Source: Endomicrobiales bacterium
GTDB lineage: Bacteria; Elusimicrobiota; Endomicrobiia; Endomicrobiales; CAWCFT01
Reading direction: 5' to 3'
DNA length: 64,000 bases
NCBI GenBank assembly: GCA_963794945.1
Contig: CAWCFT010000002.1
Location: forward strand, 64,001-128,000
Shown here: positions 50,118-59,758 of the stretch, one piece after another
How the letters are laid out: every line of letters begins with the position of its first letter
Position numbering within the stretch: position 1 is the stretch's first letter
Made by a program: the position numbers and the translations under genes
Notes under the pieces: model-generated
Databases searched by the model: none
What the model was told of the DNA's origin: nothing
The model's input: the letters and a program-made list of their open reading frames with translations, nothing else

Positions 50118-50462
50118 ATGAACAAGAAAGACATGCTCCAGTTCAAGAAAACATTGATCGCGAAACGGGACGACCTGCTCGCGGTGGTAAAATCGAAAAA
50201 GGAGCACGACCTCACCGACGTCGAGATAGGCGACGAGATAGACAGCGCCTCGCAGAACGTGGAGAAGGAAATGCTTTTCGAGCTTAACGATAACGAGAAA
50301 CAGATATTGGATTCCATCGAATCGGCCCTGCGCCGCATCGAAAAGGGGAGCTTCGGGCTCTGCGAGTCCTGCCGCCAGAAAATAGCGGATAAACGCCTCA
50401 CCGCCATCCCCTGGGTGCGCTACTGCATAGACTGCCAGTCCAGTTCCGAAAAACCCAAATAG
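50118..50462 (+). CDS. DksA/TraR C4 zinc-finger protein
   Basis: DEIDSA (DxxDxA), FGLCESC..I...RL.AIPW..YCIDC. Confidence 0.9.
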   Translation: MNKKDMLQFKKTLIAKRDDLLAVVKSKKEHDLTDVEIGDEIDSASQNVEKEMLFELNDNEKQILDSIESALRRIEKGSFGLCESCRQKIADKRLTAIPWVRYCIDCQSSSEKPK

Positions 50463-50465
50463 AAT

Positions 50466-51520
50466 ATGCTGGGAATAATTCCGGGATTTAACGACGATAT
50501 CTTGAGGTACGTTCAGGCGCTTTTGGTGCTGCTGCTTTTTACCCTCTGGGCCTGATAATAAGGAAAGTCGTTTTTTTCTATTTCAAGCAGTGGTCGGAAA
50601 GGGCCGGCAGCAGGTACGGCGGCCTTATAGCGGAGCGGAGCAGGTTCCACGTCCTTTTCTGGACATACCTCGTCGGCGCCTACATCGCGGTAAAGATAGC
50701 GCCCTTAAGCGGCGACACGCTTATCCTCGCCCACAAGGGTTTGTTCTCTCTCTTAATAGTTTCGCTGACGTTCCTCGGCTCAAACATCATCTCTGACATC
50801 GCCAAAGTCTACAGCCGCAAAGCATCGTTTAGCATACCTCTCACAAGCCTTACAGAAAACCTCATAAAGATATCGGTGGTAACAGTCGGCGGCCTCATTC
50901 TGCTGTCGCACCTCGGCATATCCATAGCGCCTCTGCTCACTGCCCTCGGCGTAGGCTCGCTGGCCGTGGCGCTCGCATTGCAGGACACGCTGACAAACCT
51001 TTTCTCCGGGTTCTACATAATAGCCAACAAACAAACCCGCCCGGGCGACTACATAAAGCTTGATACCGGCCAGGAAGGCTACGTGGTTGATATCGGCTGG
51101 CGCGCGACAAGGATAAAACAGTTTTCCGACAACATAATACTTGTGCCGAACGCAAAGCTCGGTTCCGCGATAGTAACCAATTTCAGCCTTCCGGATAAAG
51201 AACTGACCGTAACGTTGCAGGCCGGCGTTGCGTACTCAAGCGACCTTGAAAAAGTGGAGAAGGTAACTTTAGACGTTGCAAAAGATACTTTGAAGTCAAC
51301 CGAGGGGGGAGTGGCCGATTTTCCGCCCGCGGTGCGTTTCCACACCTTCGGCGATTCGGCCATACTGTTCAACGTAAGTTTAAGGGTTAAGGATTTCGCC
51401 GCGCAGAGCATTGTCACGCACGAGTTCATAAAGAGGCTTCAAAAGAGGTACGCGCAGGAATGTATAGATATGCCGTTCCCCCAGCGCGCGGTTCACCTTA
51501 TCACGCCGGAAAAGAAGTAG
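50466..51520 (+). CDS. MscS mechanosensitive channel (frameshifted N-terminus)
   Basis: LGVGSLAVALALQDTLTNLFSG, GDYI, IGWRAT, VPNAKL, PFPQ. Confidence 0.85.
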
Positions 51521-52020
51521 CCCTCAGCCCACCGGATCAGCATACCCCCGGACAAGAACAAAACGTAAGGAAGATATTTCGCCTGCCCTGCGTCCAGTTT
51601 TATGCCGGCCGGGCTTTTTGGCGTAACGTGCATTATCAGGGAATTTAAAATATTTTTTACCGCGCTGACGAGCCTTTTTTCGTACAGCATAACCGCTGCC
51701 GCCGCTATACCGCCAATAATCGCGCCGTAAAATCCGCCGAACAAAACAAAGTTAGCGCCCTTGAGACAGCCCACCGCCGCCATGAATTTTACATCGCCCG
51801 CGCCTATCCCGCCCATGGCGTAAAAAAGTATTAGCAGAAGGAAGCCCGTAAAAAGCCCGAACAAAGCGCTCTCAAGCCCGCGCGCTCCGCCGTAAAAGAA
51901 GTTCAGCCCGAACCCGAGTATCACAGCCGCGGCAACCGCGGCGTTGTAAACCTTCCGGTATTTCAGGTCGGTAAACGAACACACTACGAGAAAGATGAAC
52001 AAAACAATATCAATTGTCAT
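51493..52020 (-). CDS. A24 prepilin peptidase (CpaA/TadV-like)
   Basis: TDLKYRKVYN, GGIGAGDVKFMAAVG, LPY. Confidence 0.85.
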   Translation of the reverse strand: MTIDIVLFIFLVVCSFTDLKYRKVYNAAVAAAVILGFGLNFFYGGARGLESALFGLFTGFLLLILFYAMGGIGAGDVKFMAAVGCLKGANFVLFGGFYGAIIGGIAAAAVMLYEKRLVSAVKNILNSLIMHVTPKSPAGIKLDAGQAKYLPYVLFLSGGMLIRWAEGYFFSGVIR

Positions 52021-52046
52021 ATAGCCCTTTTGTTTTCGTTTACGTA

Positions 52047-52108
52047 TCTGTGTAATCTACTTTCGAATCTGCGTAATCAAGACCGTTGATGGTATTTTCA
52101 ACGGTCTC
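52047..52108. repeat. GATTAC/GTAATC family, half copy
   Basis: TCTGTGTAATC...AATCTGCGTAATCAAGACCGTTGA..TTTTCAACGGTCT. Confidence 0.6.
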
Positions 52109-52152
52109 AATTTAGCAAAAACATACAGGCAAGTCAAAGTGCGCCGAAGCAT

Positions 52153-52204
52153 TTGACAAGAATATTAAATAATGATATATATATGTAAGTAAACAGTCAC
52201 TTAC
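52153..52204 (+). promoter_or_regulatory. Promoter and probable TetR operator
   Basis: TTGACA-17 bp-TATATA with extended TG; inverted repeat GTAAGT-N8-ACTTAC (52185-52204) over the expected start site. Confidence 0.65.
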
Positions 52205-52236
52205 TTAGCGATCAGCCGTAAATGGAGGGTAATTAA

Positions 52237-52851
52237 ATGGCCAGGCACAAATCTGCTATCCGTAAAGGCAAGATCGTCCAGTCCGCGAGAGAATTAATAA
52301 TCAGCAGGGGCGTCAATGCCGTGACCATAAGGAACATCGCCAAGAAGAACAAAATTACGGAAGGCGCGATATACAGGCATTTCAAAAGCAAACGCGCTAT
52401 ACTCCAGCTCTTGATAGAAGATTTCGAAAAGAACCTAATGAAGGCAATAGACTCTACCATACAAAATGACAAGAGCCCGATAGCATTGCTTAAGGACATA
52501 ATGCACGTCCACCTGAAATATACCGAAGACCGCAAATCGGAGCTGTTCGCCATAACCGCGGCATCGGTGCATTTTGACGACAAAGTGCTGCGCCAGAGCA
52601 TATTGGATGTGATAGAAAGGTATAAAAGCCGCATCAAGGCCATCCTGCGCAAAGCCCAATCCAGAAGTTTAATCCGCAAAAAAATAGACCTAGATTCAGT
52701 GAGCCTTACTTTTTTCGGCCTAGTGCAGATAACGGCTATTCAATACGCGCTTACTAACTATACCGTCGCGCCCATGACAAAATTCAACACCCTGTGGGAG
52801 ATATTTCTTAAAGGCATCGTAAGCGGAGACGGCGAGAAGGATCTGAAATAA
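52237..52851 (+). CDS. TetR/AcrR transcriptional regulator
   Basis: TIRNIAKKNKITEGAIYRHFKSK HTH. Confidence 0.9.
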   Translation: MARHKSAIRKGKIVQSARELIISRGVNAVTIRNIAKKNKITEGAIYRHFKSKRAILQLLIEDFEKNLMKAIDSTIQNDKSPIALLKDIMHVHLKYTEDRKSELFAITAASVHFDDKVLRQSILDVIERYKSRIKAILRKAQSRSLIRKKIDLDSVSLTFFGLVQITAIQYALTNYTVAPMTKFNTLWEIFLKGIVSGDGEKDLK

Positions 52852-52862
52852 GGATATTTAAT

Positions 52863-54507
52863 ATGCTAACAACAAGGCTCACTATTTGTTTGCTGATCAT
52901 TGCCATATTCAGCCTGCGGGTAAACGCCGCCACCAAGAACGTCATGATATTGTTTGACAAGGGCGAAGATAAAACGCAGCCGGCGTTGGCGGAAGCAAGG
53001 TACATCGCCAACCTGCTGGGCCATTTTGACACGCGCGTCGGTTTTTGTCCGGTGGCAGAATACCAGCGCGGCATGACAGACTCGTTCGACATAATCTTTT
53101 ACATAAACTATGAATCGGAATACGATCTGCCTGAAGCCTTCAAAGCCGATGTTATTAAATCTAAAAACACCTTTTGCTGGATAAACCTGCAGCTGGGCGA
53201 GCTTGACCAGGAAGCCCTGAAAAATACATTCGGATTCCATTTCGCCCGCTACGTCGAAGATTCCGGCTTTAACAAAGTTTCCTACCATGGCGTTGTCTTC
53301 CCAAAGGGCGGCAACGATATCAACATGGTCTCTATAGACAACCCGTCTCTCGCGAAAGTCAAAGCTTACGCGCTAAATAATAACGGGGCCAAAGCGCCAT
53401 ATATAATCAATTCGCGCAAATTCTGGTTCGTCGCGGACTCGCCGTTCTCGTATGTGTTTGAAAGGGACAGGTACCTTGTTTTCGCGGACATCCTGCACGA
53501 TATAACGGGCGAACACCACAAGAAGGAACATACCGCGCTCGTAAGGCTTGAAGACGTAAGCCCAGACAGCGACCCTAAACAGCTCCTCGATGCCGCTAAA
53601 TACCTCCATTCTCAAAGGGTCCCTTTTGCCGTCGCCCTGGTACCGGTCTATATCGATCCCGTCAATAAGATAGAACTCCATCTGACCGACAGGCCCGAGC
53701 TACTAGCTGCGCTGAGGGAAATACCGGAACTTGGAGGTTCTTTTGTCCTGCACGGATACACGCACCAGTACAAAGGTATAAGCACGGAAGATTATGAGTT
53801 CTGGGACATATCGTCCGACAAACCCGTCGATGGGGATTCTATCGAGAACGCGTCCTTAAGGATCGACAAGGGCATCAAAGAGTGCCTGCTGAACGGCATT
53901 TACCCTTTAGCCTGGGAAACGCCGCATTACGTCGCGTCTAACAACACGTTCCTCGCCGTAAAACAATATTTCAGTGTTACTTACGAAAGAAGGAACACAA
54001 TGGAATACGCTGGCAGCGATCGAATTCTTCCCGTACCCGGTAACAGATATTTACGGCCAGCGGGTGATCCCTGAAGATCTCGGTTACGTGCACGGGGACA
54101 AACCCGGCGCCGAAGATATTTTGGAAGGCGCGAAGCTCGACCTTGCCGTTCGCGACGGGTACGCCAGCTTTTTCTTCCATCCGTTCCTGAGCGCTGATTA
54201 CCTGAAAACTATAGTAAAAGGGCTGAGAGCAATGGGGTACAAGTTCGGCGACATAAGGGATTTCTCGCCTGTTGTCGAAGACAGGGAGGCTGTGGTCCTG
54301 ACACCGGGCGACCACCACATACGTATCCAGACGCACGACAACTGCATCACAATGAAGGAGATCGATTTCAAAGGGAACATATTAAAAAACAGCGTTTTGC
54401 CTATCGCCAAAAACCCGTACGAAGCGAATATAGAGTGCCCGAGGTCCACTTATCTTGTGATCACGGGGCAGGGCGCAAACAACGGGAACAATATCTCACG
54501 TAACTAA
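52863..54507 (+). CDS. DUF2334-like polysaccharide deacetylase (frameshift near 54020)
   Basis: Signal peptide; LVRLEDV, VLHGYTHQ, WETPHY; FFPY..IPEDLGYV, SFFFHPF in the next frame. Confidence 0.75.
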
Positions 54508-54528
54508 TAATATAATAGGAGGAAACAT

Positions 54529-54882
54529 ATGAAAGACAATAGACCGCACTTGCAATTTACAGTATTTGCAACGCTTAGATACATCATCCTCGGTTCACTA
54601 TTTCTGCCGCTGGTTCTAGCGGCCGGCTGCGCTACCATAGGCCGCGATTTTGCAACCGCCAGCGTGCCTACCATACAGATAGGAAAAACCACGCAGAACG
54701 ATATTCTGTCTACCTTCGGCTCGCCCTGGAGGACCGGCATAGAAGACGGCAAACAGGTATGGACTTACGGCAAATACCACTACAGTGTATTTAAACAACC
54801 CAGCGCCCAGGACCTGGTTGTCAGGTTCGATAGCAAAGGTGTCGTATCTTCATATACTTACAGCACGACCGAACAAAAGTAA
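54529..54882 (+). CDS. SmpA/BamE-like lipoprotein
   Basis: LAAGC lipobox, GKTTQNDILSTFGSP, WTY, LVVRFD..GVV. Confidence 0.7.
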   Translation: MKDNRPHLQFTVFATLRYIILGSLFLPLVLAAGCATIGRDFATASVPTIQIGKTTQNDILSTFGSPWRTGIEDGKQVWTYGKYHYSVFKQPSAQDLVVRFDSKGVVSSYTYSTTEQK

Positions 54883-54928
54883 TGCGCCGGATTTATAAAA
54901 TGAAAAGAATTCACCAGGAGGATGTATC

Positions 54929-55474
54929 ATGAAAAAGATGTTAATGCTGTTGTTGTTCGGGTTATTGGCTGCGGGATGCGCGAAAAAGCAGATGGTCAAG
55001 TCGGACCAGAACTCAATGGTTGCTCCGGCAGCGCCTGCCCAAACCGCGAGCGCGCCCGCTGAAGAGCAGTCAAGCAGGTTCTCGGACTGGCAAAATGTTC
55101 CGGAACTGGCGGCTGTCTACTTTGATTACGACAAAAGCGAACTGCTCGCCTCTTCGCGCGAGATGTTGAAAAAGAACGCCGAATACTTAAAGGCTAACGA
55201 AAATCTCAAGGTCCTTATAGAAGGCCACTGCGACGAACGCGGCACGGTAGCGTACAATTTGGCCCTTGGAGACCGCCGCGCGGCCGCTGTGCGCGCGTAT
55301 TACGCTTTGCTTGGAGTTCCCAAAGAACGCATCGCCATAATCTCTTACGGCAGCGAGAAACCCGCCGACCCCGGCCACACAGAAGCAGCATGGCAAAAGA
55401 ACAGGAGAGCCGAAACAAAAATCAGGGGCACGAAAGTAGCAAGCGCCTCTTCCGATGATACGCAAAAGCAGTAA
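54929..55474 (+). CDS. pal: Peptidoglycan-associated lipoprotein Pal, copy 1
   Basis: LAAGC, VYFDYDK, IEGHCDERGT..YNLALGDRRA, SYGSEKP, NRRAE. Confidence 0.88.
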   Translation: MKKMLMLLLFGLLAAGCAKKQMVKSDQNSMVAPAAPAQTASAPAEEQSSRFSDWQNVPELAAVYFDYDKSELLASSREMLKKNAEYLKANENLKVLIEGHCDERGTVAYNLALGDRRAAAVRAYYALLGVPKERIAIISYGSEKPADPGHTEAAWQKNRRAETKIRGTKVASASSDDTQKQ

Positions 55475-55523
55475 GATCCGTTAAATACTAAATTTTCCGG
55501 GCTTAAATGGAGGGCGATGTGTT

Positions 55524-56048
55524 ATGATCAAGAAGATATTCCTGCTGTTGATGTTTGGAATTATGGTTGTTGGATGCGCCAAGAGGCAAACAGTTAAACC
55601 TGTTGAAAGCGCGCCGCCTGCCGCCCAGGAACCGATAAGCGCAGGGCAGTCGAGCAGGCACACGGACTGGCAAAGCGCGCAGGAACTGGCAACGGTCTAT
55701 TTTGACTACGACAAAAGCAGCCTGCTGTCCGACGCTCGCAAAACGCTGAAAACGAACGCGCAGTATTTAAAGGCGCATACCGACCTCAATGTCCTGGTGG
55801 AAGGGAACTGCGACGAGCGCGGCACTATTGAATACAATTTAGCTTTGGGTGACCGGCGCGCTTCCACCGTGCTTAAATATTACACTAAACTGGGCATATC
55901 GAAAAAACGTATCGCCGTGATATCTTACGGGAAAGAAAAACCCGTTGACCCGGGGCACGATGAAGCGGCCTGGCAAAAGAACAGAAGGGTCGAAACAAAG
56001 GTCAGGAACGCTAACGTCGAAAACAGCATTCCTGTCGAGACGCACTGA
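55524..56048 (+). CDS. pal: Peptidoglycan-associated lipoprotein Pal, copy 2
   Basis: VVGC, VYFDYDK, VEGNCDERGTIEYNLALGDRRA, SYGKEKP, NRRVE. Confidence 0.88.
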   Translation: MIKKIFLLLMFGIMVVGCAKRQTVKPVESAPPAAQEPISAGQSSRHTDWQSAQELATVYFDYDKSSLLSDARKTLKTNAQYLKAHTDLNVLVEGNCDERGTIEYNLALGDRRASTVLKYYTKLGISKKRIAVISYGKEKPVDPGHDEAAWQKNRRVETKVRNANVENSIPVETH

Positions 56049-56107
56049 TAACCCGCCGCCACGGTTTAGTTTGGCGGGCGGACGAATAACAACACTGTGA
56101 GGTTAAC

Positions 56108-56791
56108 ATGAACAAATTCATTACACGCTTTAGTTTACTTATGATGCCGCTGCTTTTATTGGGATGCGCAAGCCTTTCCAACAACTCCGGACAACTGACC
56201 CAGCTTCAAAAAGAAAACGCCGACCTGAAAGCCGAGAACCAATCACTGAAGACAGGCGTTGAAGAAAGCGCCCGGCAGTCAAAGGCGCAGCTTGACGCGC
56301 TATCCGATATGTTCCAAACCGAGATCAAGCATGGAGAACTTACCGTAACGCAGTATAAGAATATACTTAAGGTAGAGGTAGCGGAAAGGATATTCTTTAA
56401 ACCGGGGAGCACAAAATTGAAAGACAGCGGGAAAGAAGTGCTTAAGAAACTTGGCGAAACAATTAATGCCATGCCCGATACCGTCGCGCGCGTTATAGCC
56501 CGCACCGACAATGTGCCTCTGAAGGCGAGACAGCAAACCCTTATGGCCAACAACTGGGACCTGTCTGCCTTACGCGCGGCGGCAGTTGCCAAGTACCTTC
56601 AGGAAGCCGGCGTAAATGATGACAGGCTTGTCGCTATAGGCCGCGGGGAGAATGACCCCATCGCTTTAAACGACACCGAGCCCGGCCGCAAGCAGAACAG
56701 GCGCATCGAAATAGGTATTGTCAGCAGGGAGATAGAAACCGGGCTGGGCGAGATCGAAAGCGCGAAATCTACCGATCAACACCCTCAGTGA
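56108..56791 (+). CDS. OmpA/MotB-domain lipoprotein
   Basis: LLGC, coiled coil, TDNVP, NWDLSALRA, NRRIEI. Confidence 0.85.
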   Translation: MNKFITRFSLLMMPLLLLGCASLSNNSGQLTQLQKENADLKAENQSLKTGVEESARQSKAQLDALSDMFQTEIKHGELTVTQYKNILKVEVAERIFFKPGSTKLKDSGKEVLKKLGETINAMPDTVARVIARTDNVPLKARQQTLMANNWDLSALRAAAVAKYLQEAGVNDDRLVAIGRGENDPIALNDTEPGRKQNRRIEIGIVSREIETGLGEIESAKSTDQHPQ

Positions 56792-56833
56792 TCTAAGGCG
56801 GGCCCGATAATCTTTTAATTCCGGGGCGATCAT

Positions 56834-57355
56834 ATGAACTATTCCATTATGCAGTCGGATGAGTCAAACAGGTTTAAAATAACAGGTTCGCGCACATTGA
56901 AGTTAGCCGGTTGCGTGTTATCATGCCTGGCCGCTGGGCTTATCGGCTCGATATACGTGCAGATGTCGGTTAACACCTGGTATAAAGCCCTTGCCAAACC
57001 CTGGTTCAATCCGCCCGCAAGTGTTTTTGCGCCGGTTTGGACTATCCTGTTCGTCCTCATGGGCATCTCCGTTTTTATTGTGTGGGACCGCAAAACAACA
57101 TACAAAAAAAGCGAAGCGCTGCTTGTGTTTTACATTCAGCTGGCCGCCAATATCTGCTGGTCTATCGCTTTCTTCGGCATATGTTCCACGCTGGGAGGGC
57201 TTATAATGATAATATACCTTCTCGCTTCGATATTGTGGACGATACACAAATTTTATGCGCTATCAAAAACAGCGGCGTTCCTTCTTGTGCCTTACCTGCT
57301 ATGGGTGTGTTTCGCCGCTATACTCAACATAAGTATTTACTACTTGAACTTATAG
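56834..57355 (+). CDS. tspO: TspO/MBR family protein
   Basis: WY..LAKPWFNPP..VFAPVWTILF, LLVPYLLWVCFA..LN. Confidence 0.9.
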   Translation: MNYSIMQSDESNRFKITGSRTLKLAGCVLSCLAAGLIGSIYVQMSVNTWYKALAKPWFNPPASVFAPVWTILFVLMGISVFIVWDRKTTYKKSEALLVFYIQLAANICWSIAFFGICSTLGGLIMIIYLLASILWTIHKFYALSKTAAFLLVPYLLWVCFAAILNISIYYLNL

Positions 57356-57410
57356 TTGTTTAAATTAGCTCTTTGTGGTCTACCCTAAAGGGTAAAATTA
57401 ATTAAACTAG

Positions 57411-57587
57411 AGGTTTGTCATACCCGAGTTTTTCTGTCGGGTATCCATTTCCAAATATGATTCTTATATGTCGTCAATATACCCTCAAGGGTATTTCCTG
57501 ATGATAAAAGTCAATTGTTGGTCATCTAAGGCATTAATATTGATTTGGTTCTGGATTGCCGATAGAGAATTTCGGCAATGACAACCT
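57411..57587. repeat. GTCAT...ATGAC REP-like doublet
   Basis: GTCATACCCGAG..TCGGGTATCCA and TGGATTGCCGA..TCGGCAATGAC inverted arms. Confidence 0.7.
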
Positions 57588-57685
57588 GCCTTGAATTTCA
57601 AATTTAAAATACAGTTTCCGTAATTTAATGCTATCCAGATCAGAACACGTTTGACTTGAACTAACGCGAGGTTAATTTAACTATC

Positions 57686-59026
57686 ATGCCAAGAAAACAC
57701 ATCACGGAAAGCTTTCTGATATTCGTCAGTATTTTTAAATGGCTCGTGCTCGCCATAGGAACAGGTGTGCTTGTCGGCGCTTCAACGGCGCTGTTCCTTA
57801 AGACTCTCGATTGGAGCATTCACTTCGCTTCCGGATACACTTATTACTTTTTACTGCTCCCGCTGGCTTTCCTCTTGTGCGCGGTGCTGGTCAACTACCT
57901 CGCGCCGGACGCCAAAGGGCACGGCACCGAAAAAGTCATAGAAGCCGTCCACAAACACACCGGGCGGATAAAACCCATAGTCGTGCCGATAAAGTTCATC
58001 GCAACGGTTATCACCATCGCTCTTGGCGGCTCCGCCGGAAAAGAAGGCCCATCGGCGCAGATAGGCGCCGGCACAGCGTCCATATTGGCCGATCTGCTCC
58101 GGTTAAATGATAATGAAAGAAAAAAGCTGGTCATCTGCGGCATCAGCGCCGGGTTCGCGTCCGTTTTCGGCACGCCCATCGCGGGCGCTATTTTCGGCGT
58201 TGAAGTGCTTTTCGCGGGCAGGCTTTTGTACGATGTGCTTCTGCCGTCGTTCATCGCGGGGCTGGTAAGCTATCAGATGACATCACATCTTGGGGTTACT
58301 TACTTTTATCATCCCATCAACTTTGTTCCCGTGTTCAGCAGGGCGTTCTTTATCGACGTTATAATCGGCGGGATATTGTTCGGCATATGCGCGATAATCT
58401 TTATAGAGATAGTGAAGGCGATAGAAAAATATTCGGATAAGCTCAGCCCGAACAAGCTCATTAAGGCCGTTCTCGGCGGGACAATACTTGTCATCCTCGC
58501 GTTCGTTTTCTCAAAAGAATACCTGGGGCTCGGCCTGGACGGCATAAAAAGCATGCTGGAAGGCAACGGAACGCATTGGTATTCATTTATACTTAAGCCT
58601 GTGTTCACCGGCGTGACACTCGGTTTTGGCGGCAGCGGAGGAATGATAACACCGGTACTGTTCACGGGTGCGGCCTCGGGCACGCTTGTGGCATCACTCC
58701 TGCACCTCGATACCGCCACCTTCGCCGCCATCGGGCTTGTAAGCGTTCTGGCGGGCGCCACCAACACGCCAATAGCCTCAAGCATTATGGCGATAGAGCT
58801 CTTCGGCCCGCTCATCGCGCCGTACGCCGCCATGTCCTGCGTTATCAGCTACTTTATGACGGGCCACAGGAGCGTGTACCCGTCGCAGGTATTTATAATT
58901 AAAAAATCGCAATTCATCAATTTCGACGCCGGCACTGAAGTCGGCGAGATAAAGACAGAGATATCCCAGAACAGCAGGGTTGTCAGGTTTTTGAACTACA
59001 TAGCCGAAAAACTGCATATCAAATAA
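57686..59026 (+). CDS. CLC family chloride channel/antiporter
   Basis: GGSAGKEGP, FGTPIAGAIF, GSGGMITP, GATNTP. Confidence 0.88.
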   Translation: MPRKHITESFLIFVSIFKWLVLAIGTGVLVGASTALFLKTLDWSIHFASGYTYYFLLLPLAFLLCAVLVNYLAPDAKGHGTEKVIEAVHKHTGRIKPIVVPIKFIATVITIALGGSAGKEGPSAQIGAGTASILADLLRLNDNERKKLVICGISAGFASVFGTPIAGAIFGVEVLFAGRLLYDVLLPSFIAGLVSYQMTSHLGVTYFYHPINFVPVFSRAFFIDVIIGGILFGICAIIFIEIVKAIEKYSDKLSPNKLIKAVLGGTILVILAFVFSKEYLGLGLDGIKSMLEGNGTHWYSFILKPVFTGVTLGFGGSGGMITPVLFTGAASGTLVASLLHLDTATFAAIGLVSVLAGATNTPIASSIMAIELFGPLIAPYAAMSCVISYFMTGHRSVYPSQVFIIKKSQFINFDAGTEVGEIKTEISQNSRVVRFLNYIAEKLHIK

Positions 59027-59058
59027 TAGTAAGGCAAAGGCCAAAAGTGGAGGGTGTC

Positions 59059-59307
59059 ATGCTTAAGTTAAACGCAAAGGCATTGGGGCTGTCGTTAGGT
59101 ATCGTTTGGGGGGCGGCGATGTTGATACTGGGGCTGGTAAATATGCACAGCATGTTCGGCAGCGGAATAATGCACGGAATGTCAACGCTGTACATAGGCT
59201 ACAAACCCACGATACCGGGCAGCATAATAGGCGGAATATGGGGCTTATTCGACGCAGGCATAGGCGGAGTTATCATTGCCTGGCTTTATAATATGTTCTC
59301 TAAATAG
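59059..59307 (+). CDS. Small membrane protein
   Basis: GGAGG RBS; KALGLSLGIVWG...YIGY.PT..GSIIG..WG..D. Confidence 0.7.
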   Translation: MLKLNAKALGLSLGIVWGAAMLILGLVNMHSMFGSGIMHGMSTLYIGYKPTIPGSIIGGIWGLFDAGIGGVIIAWLYNMFSK

Positions 59308-59369
59308 CGGATCCTGTATACCTAATATATTAGCGGCATGGACGGCTTGTTTATGACAAGGAGGAGAAC

Positions 59370-59459
59370 ATGCTTCCCGCGCATCTCCATAGCTGGATAA
59401 TCTTAGCTTTAATTGTAATATGCGTCATCGCTGAAATATTCCACCGCTATCAAAAATAA
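59370..59459 (+). CDS. Putative 29-aa single-TM peptide (absent from the ORF track)
   Basis: AAGGAGGAG RBS; MLPAHLHSWIILALIVICVIAEIFHRYQK. Confidence 0.5.
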   Translation: MLPAHLHSWIILALIVICVIAEIFHRYQK

Positions 59460-59573
59460 TACCTTCACTTGAATATTCTAAAATAAATTTATAGAATCTC
59501 GTTATCATGGCATTTGCATTAACTGGGAGAGAAATGCTGCCTAAACTGTAAACCATATTGCGCCCCCGTGCGG

Positions 59574-59608
59574 CCGTGCCCGCCGGAGAGGCGGGTGTGG
59601 TTTTTTTG
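59574..59608 (+). terminator. Intrinsic terminator
   Basis: CCGTGCCCGCC-GGAGA-GGCGGGTGTGG followed by T7. Confidence 0.65.
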
Positions 59609-59650
59609 TTTCCCAAAATGTATCTTTGAGATTTGTAAGCCGTTTAAGCA

Positions 59651-59725
59651 CCCCTCTTTTGTATAAAGAGGGGCTGGGGGAGGGTATAACTCCCCTTGCG
59701 TCCCCTCTTCGTGAATGAAGAGGGG
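59651..59725. repeat. CCCCTCTT...AAGAGGGG double-hairpin REP-like element
   Basis: Two CCCCTCTT/AAGAGGGG palindromes joined by GGGGGAG...CTCCCC. Confidence 0.65.
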
Positions 59726-59758
59726 AAACAACTAGAACTTATATTAAGCGGAGGACTT

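Noticed and set aside
57574..57640. Fluoride riboswitch upstream of the CLC gene (GGCAATGA...CTGCC)
   Set aside because: It lacks the downstream GCTGATG/GCTAATG element and coincides with the REP arm end. The CLC has GKEGP/GGMITP rather than the fluoride-type GREGT/GEVTP motifs.
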